Source of the DNA: Lama guanicoe
Taxonomy: Eukaryota
Reading direction: 5' to 3'
Assembly (NCBI GenBank): GCA_013239625.1
Contig: MU053994.1
Coordinates: 186,001 to 250,000 of the forward strand
DNA: 64,000 nucleotides
The notes under the pieces are model-generated. The model was not told the DNA's origin and made no database searches. It worked only from the letters and a program-made list of their open reading frames with translations. Shown here piece by piece: positions 51,361-64,000 of this stretch. The first letter of the stretch is position 1, and every line of letters begins with the position of its first letter. Position numbers and translations under genes: made by a program.

Positions 51361-51484
51361 GGGTGGAGGGTATAGCTCAGTGGTAGAGCGCGTGCTCAGC
51401 ATGCACAAGGTCCTGGGTTCAATCCCCAGTACCTCCATTAAAAATTATAATTAAAGAACAAACCTAATTATCCCCCTCAAAAAC
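51361..51484 (+). mobile_element. Vic-1-type SINE inserted into a MIR (~51260-51620)
   Basis: GGAGGGTATAGCTCAGTGGTAGAGCGCGTGCTCAGCATGCACAAGGTCCTGGGTTCAATCCCCAGTACCTCC; TAAAGCAA on both sides. Confidence 0.92.
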
Positions 51485-52155
51485 TAAAGCAAGTTATGCT
51501 CCAGTTTTTTCAAATGTAAGATGAGATGATGATAGTCCCTACATCATTGGATCAACGTAAGTATAAAGTACTTATAAAGCATTTAGGACAGTGCTTGGCG
51601 CCTATTAAGTCCAATGTTACTGCTTGTTAAAGAATGCAATCTTTAAAAAGAGATTCATTCTTATGGCCATTGGTTTGTATTCAATAAAATTTTGTCATCT
51701 CTCTCTGGAGTAATGTCAGAGTCAGGTGAATGGGCCAGCCAGAGGAATACATTACACGACTGTCTTCTTGTTTGGGTACAAATACATCAGTCGGGGAGAA
51801 AGAACAAGAGCATATCTAAATATTCTCAAGGACCAAGGTTATTCTGAGAATCTTAGGACTTGGCTGAGTCTTTAGACTCATGTAGTTCACCATCTTCATT
51901 TTATAAACGAGGAAATTGAAACCAGAGAGGTTAAGTAACTTGGCTACAATCTCATAACTAGAGAGTTACTCACCCAGGAGAATTGCCTTGCCTGTCTGAT
52001 CCTGAAGACCCAGTTCTTGTTTATAAGTATCCTGGGCCATTTCTAGGTCTCTGTGTAACTTATCGTAGGGTCAGGGGCTGTAGCCAGAAACCCAACTTAA
52101 AAGAAAATCCTGTATACCCTTCACTCTCTTTCTTTCTCTTCTTTGCCGTCTTTAG

Positions 52156-52301
52156 CGATTCACACCATTGCACATCTATTTAATGTGGAGTGGTGTGTGA
52201 ATGCCCGAGTCAACAATTCAGATCCTTATTCAATAGCACTCTCTGAGATTGGAGATAAGCCTGGCGAATCTTACCTCAATTTTGCACGAGACAGAATCAA
52301 G
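52156..52301 (+). CDS. CYBB: CYBB exon 5, (A)[48 protein letters not shown] (H115, loop C)
   Basis: Long pyrimidine tract then tttag|CG, 146 nt, donor AAG|gtaagc. Confidence 0.99.
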
Positions 52302-52579
52302 GTAAGCCTCTTATATCCCATTTCCCATGTTCCCTAGGCCGTTACAACTGAGGATTCGATTTCAGTGAGTGAAGAACTCAACTTCGTCAGAACACCAACA
52401 ATGACAAAAGTTGACAAACTATCAGAGGGACAAGTCTACAGGTTCTAAGAATAGGGGCACAGAGAAAACATCTCCCACACTCCTGATCCCATATGTGGAG
52501 GGTCACCAGATGTTTTCCAATTTCTTAAGCTCACCTGTAAGAACGTGTCTACATGGAGCCTGGAGTAACTCAGGCTTAC

Positions 52580-53085
52580 CTGTGACAATGCCCAACAGTC
52601 AAAGAAAGCCAAGAACATAGTCCAGTCAGACAAAATTGGGTTTATCATTTATTGCAGCTAAGAGAACTCACACCATAAGGAAGTCTGGGGCATCTCAGGA
52701 GGGTGTTGAGAGAGGCTTGTTGTGGGACTTGGGCTTGTGTTAGATAATTTGGGAGGAGTTCCCGGAAGCAGGCATTTGCTCTGGGTCAGGTATGGTCAGG
52801 AACTGGGTCAGAATTCCAGCATTGGGTATCTTAGTAATTTTTTTTTAAGGCAGAAGAATGGGGTTAGATCTGTAATAGGCCAAGAAGCAGCAGTCACCCG
52901 TTTTTGTCTTGGCTCAGACATGACTTCAGAGTGGTCTTGTTTTTGTCTCACTCCATCACAGTCACAGAATGACCTTGTCTGATGTTAGTGTTCTATGAAG
53001 TTGTTTACGTGAAATAGGAAACCCTCCAGCCTAGGTGTTACTAGCAGGCCAGCCACCAGCTGACAGCGGTCCGTGATGCTTCTCC
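52580..53085 (-). mobile_element. Old ERV LTR-like element in intron 5
   Basis: TGTGAC start, minus-strand AATAAA near 52648, LTR-like composition; family not identified. Confidence 0.4.
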
Positions 53086-54266
53086 TTCTCGACTACAACA
53101 TCTCAGAGGTGGCCTGTATCTGCTAACTGCTCCGGGGGCAGCCATTTGGGGTTATCCACAGGCAAGAACTCCTTTCCAGCAGTCGAAGCTTTCTACGCTC
53201 AGAGAGAGAAGCTCTAAATCATCTTCATGTACCCCGTGGCTTGGGACGAGGGCCGTATCACACGACTATACACCGAGTTCCAAATGTGTTTCCTTGTCCA
53301 GTTAGAATAGATTACCAGAAAAGTCCCTTAATTTTGAAGGAATAATTATCCTCAGGCTGATATGAAAAACACTTGCCTAGTCTATTTAGGGACAGAATTG
53401 AACAGCATCGAACAAAATAAGAAATTCTTCTTCTATAATGTCTTGGATAAGTTTTCTTTTATGTTGTCCATCGTTTGTACCATGACACATAAGGGAGCCA
53501 TTGTGAACACATCAGGTGAGCTGACACTGCCGAGCCGTGCTCAGATCTCGTTGGATCCATTTGACTGTGTCTGGGCTCCCCGACCCCTCTGTGTGCTTTC
53601 ACTTTCAATTTCCTGTATCCGTGGTTCCCCCTCAGAGAACTGCCCTGGGGCTATTGGAGTCCCTTTGCCCACAGGCTCAGAGATCTGAAAGGGCCTGGAG
53701 AGCTACCTCTCCCTGAGCGGCTCTTAACCAATAACTGATGGGTGCAGGCCATGGAAGCCCAACTCAGAAGTGTAGCTCACCCTCCACAGTTCCCTGCAGG
53801 ACCAGGCTGAAGATCTGGCCTGAGATCATTCTCTTACTTGGCTCACTGCTCCTTCCTGTCCTAGTCACCGTTCCCTTACTAGTTTCTTCTGGAGGACAGT
53901 CTTTCTAAGTCACCTGCCCACGGCTCCTCACCCCAGGGTGAGGGATGAGCCTGAGACGTTAGGCATGCCCAGAACACATTTACAAACTAAGCACTGTGGC
54001 ACTTCTCCAAATCAAAGGGAGAAAGAGCTTCAGACCCTTTTAGGAGTTGACAAAGTTCCTTTATTTGATCCTCCCTTAGAACTAATTCTGTGTATCAATT
54101 CATGTTTCCTATGATACCTCAACCACTTTAAGACTTTTTAAAATTTGGAAATATCTATTCCAAGTCTATATCATTCTGTGGGGGAGTGGTTAGGGTGATC
54201 TAAAGGGGGACTGAAAATACCTATTGCCCTATACACTGGGCACTTTATAAATAGTTCTGCATTTGA

Positions 54267-54518
<252 letters not shown>

Positions 54519-56089
54519 TGAGTATTTAAACTCCAATGCCAAGTACATTGTGTCCCTCAGTTCCCAGGTGTGATGCCCTGTTAAAGTCACAGTGACCTCT
54601 TTTTCTGTGTGTGGTCAGCCTGCCTGCTGAGAGAATGGGAGGGGAAAACAGAAGTCACTTTGATAGAAACCACTCAACGCCACTTTAGTTTCTGGTCCCA
54701 ACTAATAGCTATTCATAGTGCACTTATTTAGAGCAAGTTTGAAGAATATACCAAAGTTTTGAATATCTTTGCAAGCCCATATAAAACATGTTGAGAGAGC
54801 TGGTAAGGTCCTGGATGTCTGAAATTATGTTTCCTGTGGCTTAATCACTAGTAAATTAGACAAACTCCCAAACCAGAGAGCAGAATGATTAATCAAGTGA
54901 AAGGGTTTGCTGGAGTTCAGTGAGATTTGATTCAAGACAGTCGTTCATTGATTGCCTCTTGGGTATGAGGACCGATCTCAGGCTCTGTGGGGAATGCTAG
55001 AAGGAGAAACACATGGTTATGCCTTCAAGCATCCTAATATAATAAAGGTTAAGAGCTGGCTTCTGTTGAGCACTTGTTACAGACGTGAAAGATTTCTTTT
55101 AATCTCCAAAAGGTAGAGATGCTGTTACTATCCCCATTTTCTTGGGGGAAATCGTAGACAAGGAAACAGACTAAAAAAGTTAAAATATGTAGCCAAGCCA
55201 CCCAGTTTATAAGTGGCATAGCTGGGATTGGAGCCCAGATGGGCTAAGGGAGGGGATGATAAAGGCTCTCATAGAGACACACGGTGCCTGGAGGTGTTGG
55301 GGGGAGCATTTGTCTCATTGTGACTCCTTTTTAATACCAGGCTTCCTTTTTCTACTGTTTCACACTAGCTGATTCTCCCACCTGCACGCAAAAGCAGGCC
55401 TGGGAAGTTCCCTGGTGGGTATGGTGCACCAGATAACTAAGGGTAGAGGAAGTAAGTGCTCAAGGTTCAGTGACTCTGCTCTGAGTCAAGTCAGCCTACA
55501 AGTGGCCGAGACCTGAGTGTGAAAACGGGAAGGGTGGGGAGAAGCAGCGTGTGGCAACCTCTCGTGTGCACTTTTGATGGACTCACTGACTCTGACCCCT
55601 GGTCAACTCTTTCTAAGCCCTGAAAAATGTGTGTAGTCAAAGGCTCTCTGGAACTCTTCTAAAGCATTTGAGTATCTTTAAATGGGACTTGGTCCTAATC
55701 CAGTTGTTTCACGGAAAAAAGCAAACTGAATCTCTTCCACTTTCTAGTTTAGTAATTCTGCCACTTTACATCTGTATAGCTTCCTAGATATGTGTTCTCT
55801 GGAGCAGGCAGAAGAGAGAGACTTACCCATTCTCCATTTGATGAATATCTGCCACTTATGCAGTCTCGTGGCTTGGAGCAGTTGAACTAGGGTTCAAATC
55901 TAGATTTTCTGACTTCTGGTCCTGGCGTTGAGAAGAGAAGGAGAAAATCTGTTGTTGTTTTTTTTTTCTTTTTTTTTTTCTCTTCTATCACTTGCTCCCC
56001 CTGGGAACCTGGGCGTTAAGAACTTTAATAGTTATTATTTGTTGGACTCTTACTTTGTGTCTGGGTTGTTTTTTTTTTAAATGCATCAT

Positions 56090-56430
56090 TCCAGTTGATT
56101 ACTACAGTAAACTTTTAGTGAGGTACTTATACCTATTTTCTAGCTGAAGAAACTGAGGTTCCAAAGAAGTTAAATAACTTGCCCAAGGCCACCAAACTAG
56201 TAAGGGGTGGACCTGGGATGTGAAACCAAGGCTGTCTGGCTTGGGTCCAGAATTGTTTTCACCAAATCATTCTGATTCTAGTTACCTAGTCTCTTTAAGC
56301 CTCGGTGTCCTCATATGTAAAATGAGGGTCCTAATACTTACATTTCAGGCTTGTTATAAGGATGAATGGAGATAATTTGTGTTCAGGGCCTTTCCCCAGG
56401 GCTGGCACATAATAGATGCTCAACACATGG
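56090..56430. mobile_element. Two adjacent MIR fragments in opposite orientations
   Basis: GAAGAAACTGAGG...AAGTTAAATAACTTGCCCAAGGCCAC and GCCTCGGTGTCCTCATATGTAAAATGAGG...GCTGGCACATAATAGATGCTCAA. Confidence 0.75.
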
Positions 56431-56498
56431 TAATTCTCTTCCCCAAGACCTAGGGATAGAAAGCAATGGTTAACGACCTTGAATTAAAACATTCTCTG

Positions 56499-56584
56499 CG
56501 TATGCATGAATATGCGTGGCTGAGACATTGTGCTATACACCAGAAATTGACCCATTGTAACTGACTATACTTCAATAAAAAAAA
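56499..56584 (+). mobile_element. Very short L1 3' tail
   Basis: TGTGCTATACACCAGAAATTGAC...TGTAACTGACTATACTTCAATAAAAAAAA; ATTCTCTG on both sides (56491-56498, 56584-56591). Confidence 0.8.
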
Positions 56585-57461
56585 TTCTCTGAATATACCA
56601 AACGGCACAAACTTTCACAAGGGGCTTGCTGGGTGTCTTCTTACATATTCTGAAGATCTTGCCATTTATGTTCTTTGAAGTCAAGGACGTGACTTACTCA
56701 ACATTGTGCCTCCCTCCCTTGGTTCCCACTAAACCTGCATTGTCTTGTATTTCAGTAGTTGCTCAATTAATATTTATTGAATTGAAGTGAATGGGCTCTG
56801 AGCACTTCAAGGGACATGCCATCAGTGTTGATGTCTGTGAGAATGTCATAATCTCTCCAAATTTAAATCATCTTAAGTGGATTTCAACCTTTTGGTTTAA
56901 TTTAAACAATTTGGAAACAACAAATGAAGGTTTTGTACCAAGCCTCAGGGCTGCTCTGTATGATTGTATGGGTTGTCGACTCTACAAGAGTGCCTGGCTA
57001 AAGGGATGAAATTAGCCCATGCTCTGCTGGCCAAGCCCTTTGCCTACAGGACTGTCGTCACAGAGGGGGCATCTTGTTCTAATTTGCACAAAGGGTATGG
57101 GCCAGCAGTCACTGTTAGATTAGAAGTTTTTGTTTTTGTTTGTTTACAGATGAAAATAATACTCAAAACAGAAGCATAAATGTTCCCTTGAAGAAAACAT
57201 GTACTGATTATTCAAAATTTACTGTCTATACTGTCACATATAAATATCCTTTGTGCCACTGTACATATTTGTTTTCTGCTGCTGAAGACCACATATTTTC
57301 TTTCCCTTCCTCTAATCTATTTGGAGGGGGCAATAGGATGTTACTTTTAAGTGAAAAGTACACAACTCATATAAGAATACCTAAAATATGCCCAGAATCT
57401 CACAAAACTAAGAGCTTAATTTCTTGTTTCTAAATGATGTGGACTTACATTTCCTCCCCAG

Positions 57462-57591
57462 GCGAATTGTACGTCGGCAGACGTCAAGGAGTTTGTCGGA
57501 ACACAAACCAGAACAATGTTATCAAAACATCTCACAATGGGGAAAAATAGACAAATGCCCAATCCCAGAGTTCTCTGGAAGCCCTCCTATG
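57462..57591 (+). CDS. CYBB: CYBB exon 7, (E)[43 protein letters not shown] (loop E)
   Basis: Acceptor ttcctccccag|G, 130 nt, donor ATG|gtaggt. Confidence 0.98.
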
Positions 57592-59662
57592 GTAGGTACT
57601 GTTTGCTGTGGCTGTTATAGTTTCATGACTGACAGTCTTTAAACTGTGTCTAAGAAATACACACAAATGTCATGGAGTCATCAATTACGAATATCACGGA
57701 ACTGCTAAATTAAGTATCCAGTGTTTGTCTGCTATGCTTATTGTCCAAATTATTTCTTGAAAAGTAATCTTGAAATTGGTCTGTTATGAGCATCCTAATA
57801 TAAAGCTTGGAAAAGAATTGTTTTTAAACTGCTTTGGGTTCAAGAAGTTCCATCTCTTCTCTTCTGGATGCAAGGGCCACAATAATACTCGTTCATGGTT
57901 TTCTGAGGGATTCCATCCTGGAAAGCTCAGATAATGACTTATAAGGAACCAGGAGCCTCTTCAGATACCAGGAAGTAAGGCTTTGAATGCAGCTTTGAAA
58001 GCTGGGAAGGAAACTTGTGAGGTGGCACATAGGGCCGCCATTAGGTATCAGGAGGTCCTGTCTATGCGGCATGAAGGGGGCTGGAGCGCCAGGTTCATGC
58101 CAACACCCAATGGCACTGCATGGTAGAGCAGGGGTGTGGCAAGGATGACCAAGGGAAAAGATGCTGAAATATTCACCTTTCATTGAGAGCTCCTGCTGGG
58201 AACGCTGAAGGGCTCCATTTTGTATATGCTCAGTGTCTCTGCTCCAGAGTGAGAAGTGGGCCCTGTGATCTTCACACCTTTTCCTCCATTGACAAGCAAT
58301 ATGCTTGATTGGTTATTATGCTAGCCATTGGTATAAAACTCAGCAAAAATCAACATGTGTACAGGGCTTCTGGACAGGATTATTTTTCCCATAGGCACAA
58401 TATAAGGTACAAGCAAATTTCCCATCCCATTTTCTCCTTCCTTTTTTCCTACTCTCCTAATACAGGAGTACTCTTCCTCTAGAAAGAGCATGCTGTCTGA
58501 GGACTTAACATCTTTAAGCATCCTTGCTCATTAATGAAAGCAACCAGACACATCAGTGAACTGCATGCAGACATCGATAGAAAGGATTAAAAGTATTGCA
58601 GGTGCTCTTATGAGCTGGAGATGAGTTTCTGGGGATGTTAGAGGCAATGTCCGAGACCTGGCTCCGTTTAAGGGGGCCCCGCGTGGTAACCAGGAAATGG
58701 ATAGATGATGCCAGATTGTTTTAAAGACCTGCCCCATGAAAATAGAGGCCAGTAGCAGAGCATTTATGACTTCTGGGCAGATTTTTGTTTAACTTTGGCT
58801 GGAGATAGGGACATATGGGTGTTTTCAACTTCCAACAATAAGTTTCTTTAAACATTTAATAGAAAGATCATATGTGAGGCTATAGGAAGCACTCTGTGAT
58901 TTTTTTTTCCTCCTTGGAATCCATTCTAGGATGTCATATTTTAGATTGCCTTCTAAAATTCTTTGCTACTTCAGATACTCAACTAGGAACCTAGCTGACT
59001 GAGTCCTAGGATGGATCTGTTTAGCCTAAATATTTTTATATAGCCAAAAATGCCACAGGGTAATTCCAGTGTTTTGAAATACTGCAGATTCTGGCAGGAG
59101 GGGACTCTAAGAAACTGGAAAATCTTTGGGTCTGTCCCTGTTCAGCAAGTGCATTGTATAGCTCCTGGAAATTGCCAGGATATTGGGAAAATGGCTAAAT
59201 TCTTGCATGAAGTTTCTCATCTTGCAAAAAAATTAAGCTTTGACTATGTGACTGAGAGAAAGTAATTGCAAAGTTGCATTAAAAATATAATGTTGGTGAA
59301 ATGCTATCCTTTAGAGAAATATTAATTCCGAAACCAGCCTTACTCTGCTGTAGGGTTATTGCAACTACTATTGCGACAAGAGGAGGAAATCCCATTCTTG
59401 TGGGCAGTTCCTCTTGGGAAAGTTTCATACTGTAGATACAGTTCCCCAATGTGGCCAAGGAGAATGTTCATTTTTACTAGCTCAAAAATCTCTTTCAATT
59501 TTAGATATTTTCATGCATTCCTTTGTAGAAGAAATTGACTAATCTAATATCAACTATATAAACAAGCCGACAAAGATTAACTTGACTTCTAAAATGTTTT
59601 GTCCCATGAATCTTTAATTAGCTACCACCCTTAACACATCCTTTTTTCATTCTTTCCTCTGA

Positions 59663-59794
<132 letters not shown>

Positions 59795-61098
59795 TAACTA
59801 TATCATGGCCAAGTCTGCCTAAGTTCTCTATATCATTGGTCAGACCTCTCTTTGGTTTCTTTTGGTTAAACTTAGGGCAGCGAGATGACCTACAGGTTGT
59901 GGCGTGTACCTACCTTGATAGTCAAATGATTGGGCCTTTTAATTGGGAAAACTAGAAGTTAACATTCTCTGTAGAAAAATGAACCCAAGTGTTTTGTGTA
60001 AATAAATCTCCTGTATGTGTGTGTCTGTGTGTCTATCTCTGTGTGTGTGTGTATAGAGGGGTGGGGCGTCGAGTGATGATGGTGATTAGTTAAGAGTGAA
60101 GAAACAGAAGAGGTGAGTTCAAAGGGCATACACTGAGCCTTAAAATACTCAGATACCGAAAGAACCAGGGAACCAAGGGTAGGTCTGATTGAGATTGAGA
60201 TAGTTTCCCAGGTCCTCTATACCTCCTTTTCTGTGCTTTGTTTGTAATCGCAGAATATCAGAGTTAAAATGACCAAAGTCTCAAGCAAGCTAATAATTAA
60301 ACTACATTTAGAATTGAGTCTGCTAACTCCAAATATATAGTAGTTTTTTTTTCCCCATGCGTCTATGCTGCTTCTTACCACTAAATACATAGAAATGGAA
60401 TCTCCTTGTTACAGTTTCAGGAAACATCAGGCATAAGTCTTTTTATCAAACAAAATTTAATTCAATTCAATTCAGTTCAAAAAGTATTTAGCAAAAGCTT
60501 ACCATGGATTGTTTTTGCAAAACACACAAGTTCCTCCTGTCCACCACCTTAGCTTTTCTTTCTTGGCCTCTATGGAAGGTCATAGTAAAGTTAGTCCAGC
60601 TGGCATTGGAAATCTTGAAATATAGGAAGCCACAACAGTTCTCCTTTTATGATATTTATATTGTACTATGTGAAAAAGCCCACAGATCAGCAAAATAGCC
60701 ACCACAAAATTTCCCTTACTAGGCTAGAACCAACTAACCAGGCAAGTATTTCCCTTATGCATATTTCTAAAGGAAACTTGTTTTCTTGTGAAGAAAATAG
60801 ATATTCATTTTCTTCTCATGTGAACACTCATGAGAGACAAGGTGCTATACAAAAGTATTCCGGTGACGATGCTGTCCACTAGTACGTTGCATTCCCTTTT
60901 CTCCCAATTTTGCCTCTAGTAGCAAAATTATAATACGGTAAAAATTGTTTTCACCACACAAAATTGTGACATGGTAAACATAATTTTCAAAGTAATTTTC
61001 ATAAATTTTTATTTTCTGTCTTCAAAATGAAGCTTTACAACTCCTTCTTTCAGTGATGAAAGGAAGTTGATTATAGCCTTGTCATATAAGTTATATTT

Positions 61099-61736
61099 TT
61101 TATTGAAGTATAGTTAATTTACAGTGTTGTGGGGGTAGGTATAGCTCAGTGGTAGAGCACATGCTTAGCATGCAGGAGGTCATGGGTTCGATCCCCAGTA
61201 CCTCCAGTTAAATTAAAAAAATAATAATAAAGAAACCTAATTACCTCCCTCCAAGAAAAAACCAACCAACAAACAAAAGCAAAGAAAAAATTTACAATGT
61301 TGTTTTAGTTTCTCATAAATAGCAAAGTGATTGTTACATACATATATATTCTTTTTCATAGTATTTTCCATTACAGTTTATTATAAGATTGACTGTAGTT
61401 TCCTGTGCTATACAATAAGACCTTATTGTTGATCTATGTATCTATTTTATATATAGTAGTTTGTATCTGCTAATCCCAACCTCCTAATTTATTCCTCCCC
61501 CCTTTCCCCTTTGGTAACCATAAGTTTGTTTTTTATGTCTGTGAGTCTGTTTCTGTTTTGTAAGTTCATTTGTAGTATAGTGTAGATTCCACATATAAGT
61601 GATATCATATGGTATTTGTCTTTCTCTGTCTGACTTACTTCACTTAGGTATGATGATCTAGATCCATCCATGTTGCTGCAAATGGCATTATTTCATTCTT
61701 TTTTATGGCTGAGTAGTATTCCACTGTATTTATCAC
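61099..61736 (-). mobile_element. L1 3' end fragment interrupted by a SINE
   Basis: TTATTGAAGTATAGTT...CCCCTTTGGTAACCATAAGTTTG...; TSD ATAAGTTATATTT at 61086-61098 and 61737-61749. Confidence 0.92.
61131..61288 (+). mobile_element. Vic-1-type SINE nested in L1
   Basis: GGTATAGCTCAGTGGTAGAGCACATGCTTAGCATGC...; TSD AATTTACA(G/A)TGTTGT at 61116-61130 and 61289-61303. Confidence 0.93.
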
Positions 61737-62412
61737 ATAAGTTATATTTAAATCACAAGTTTTAGAAATGTTTGGCAATTTTTATTAAAAGGATTTCCAT
61801 TCTCCTGCTCCTCCTCACTCTCAAAAAGAAAAGCTCACTCAGCAGTATCAGTCAGTGTTAAGAAGCTGCTATTTTGTTTCTATTGATTTTTCTTTCCTTT
61901 GACGTCACTTGGTTTATTTTTAGTTGTACATATGAAGTCCTTCTAGGATCTCAGAAATTATCAAAGAAACAGTATGTTACTTTCTGTATTACAATGAAAG
62001 CTTTTTGTTGTGTTCTATTTTCAAAAACTATTTATCAGTTCACCAGCTGATGGACACTTGGACTGTTTGCAGTTTTTTTGCTATTATAAATGAAGCTGTC
62101 ATGAACATTCATTTATATGGAGAATGAGGATGGCAGCAGGTGGGTGGGGCCTGGCTTTGGGAGAGCTGGATGGTATATTCCCTAGGTAGGGAGTCAGGCA
62201 GGTTCAAGGTGACTCAGAACCAGCACATTAGGCTTGGTTTGGGGGCTATTGCTATATAACTAGCCAGTGGGGTGTCCTTCTTCTTCTATGCAGCTGCTGA
62301 GACTCTTGCTCATCCCCTGGGGAGACAGGAAGGCTGAGCAGGAAACCATTTCTCCTTCCTGTTCCTAGCAACTGCCTTGACTTCTTAGAGAAAAAAAATC
62401 ACCATAGGCTGG

Positions 62413-62790
62413 TGTCTTAGGTTGGATTCCCTAGCAAAGACTCAGACAGAGAACTGCATGCAGAAGGTCTGCTGGGGTGTGTTCTCAGGAGATGAACCTA
62501 TAAAAGAAAAGAAAGGCAGGACTCGAGGAGGGAACCTGCTGACCGTCCATGTCGTTGCAACTGCAGCCCAGCTGACCGTACAGGAAGTGCTGGAGTTGGG
62601 GTGGCCCCTGGGAGTTGTCCCAAAGTGAGGACAGGGGCCAGGCCTTTGTATCCCCGCCTCAGTTCATTGTTGGCCATGGGCTACAGCCGAGGGCACTTCC
62701 CAATGAGAGAGAGAGACACTTTGGCTGGAGGGACTGCTGTGTTGGCCCCGAAGAAAGGAACTGGGTGGGGCATCTTAGCTCAGCCCTTGA
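62413..62790 (-). mobile_element. LTR16-like ERVL LTR remnant ending ~50 nt before exon 9
   Basis: TGTCTTAGGTTGGATTCCCTAG...CTGGGTGGGGCATC resembles LTR16/LTR33-family ends as I recall them. Confidence 0.45.
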
Positions 62791-62816
62791 AAGGCAAGTA
62801 TTGGGGGAAAGTGTAG

Positions 62817-63098
<282 letters not shown>

Positions 63099-63652
63099 TG
63101 AGTACAAAGCACCTATCACAAAGGGGCATGAGTTGCTGAAAAATGTCACTAAACAGCTTCGCTTCTCCCATCTCTCACCGTACTGGCCCCTGAGACTGAC
63201 AAAACACAAGGTCTGCAAATCGAGCCATCTACCTCAGTGTTCCCCATTTTATATGTGTGGCATGTTTGCATATGTGTTTATAAATCTTTTGTGAAATATA
63301 AAATATTGGAATCCAATTTTAATAATGGATATTCCCAAATTCCCTTAAATTTGTCAGGGTCAAGGCTAAGGTATATAACTTTCAATCAAAGGTATACTTC
63401 AAATTTAATTGGTATCCGTTAATTGAGGGTAAACGCCGCCTGTTAGTCACTTGGCCTCCTCCTTCCCACATGCCTAACATGGTGTCAGGCACTGAGTAGA
63501 TGCCAAAGAAAAGTTTGTCAAATAACTCAATGAAAAGACAATTGAAAAGTACAGATATTAAGTTTATCAGCTATTACAACATAGACAATTCTCACTTTAA
63601 TGGACAATGTAAGCAAGAATTTCAAGTGTTGGCTGCCCTGGTAAGAGACACA

Positions 63653-63655
<3 letters not shown>

Positions 63656-63699
<44 letters not shown>
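63656..63699. repeat. (GT)22 microsatellite in intron 9
   Basis: Direct reading. Confidence 0.98.
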
Positions 63700-63700
<1 letters not shown>

Positions 63701-63940
63701 GTGGGTGAGGAGAGGTGGGGACACGTAAAAACAATAGCCTTGAGATTTACCAAATGTGTTCAGTTAGGTAAAAATTCATCTTCTTACTTCTAATCCCAAT
63801 GTTCACGTGAGTTGATTACTTGAAAGCTATTTCACAGAAGACACTGCCCCATCGATACATTGTCCTAGTTTGAAGTGACACATTGCACACTCCCAGTCAT
63901 AAAATGTCGCGGTAACCTCTCCTTCTATGCTTCCTTCCAG

Positions 63941-64000
63941 GATAGCTGTTGATGGGCCCTTCGGCACAGCCAGTGAGGATGTGTTCAGTTACGAGGTGGT
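63941..64000 (+). CDS. CYBB: CYBB exon 10, partial: (K)IAVDGPFGTASEDVFSYEV...
   Basis: Acceptor cttccttccag|G; VDGPFG motif; truncated by the window end. Confidence 0.98.

Overview
Mammalian genomic DNA, almost certainly camelid (alpaca/llama/camel), judging by the tRNA-Ala-derived Vic-1-type SINEs. The window carries the promoter and coding exons 1-9, plus the first 60 nt of exon 10, of CYBB (gp91phox/NOX2) on the + strand from 38555 to the window end. The nine complete exons join in frame to 1151 nt, and every intron is GT-AG. The first ~38 kb is repeat-rich intergenic DNA (L1, L2, MIR, MER, MLT1, solo ERV LTRs, one 335-N gap). Its left end is probably the 3' UTR of the neighbouring XK gene, by synteny only. 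No prokaryotic features are present (no CRISPR, rRNA or operons). Most interesting observations: (1) a ~240-bp element present twice in CYBB intron 3, whose second copy looks like an in-frame alternative terminal exon (acceptor, 51 open codons, TGA, AATAAA); (2) a (TG)20 tract replacing the polypyrimidine tract of exon 6; (3) an internally deleted antisense L1 that keeps its 5' UTR 2.3 kb upstream of the start codon and carries kB- and CTCF-like motifs and splice donors facing CYBB; (4) a divergent CTCF motif pair between XK and CYBB; (5) a remodelled promoter with two ETS-IRF composite elements; (6) strongly diverged extracellular loops and glycosylation sequons of NOX2. Comparisons with human CYBB and repeat subfamily names are from memory and need confirming by alignment or RepeatMasker.
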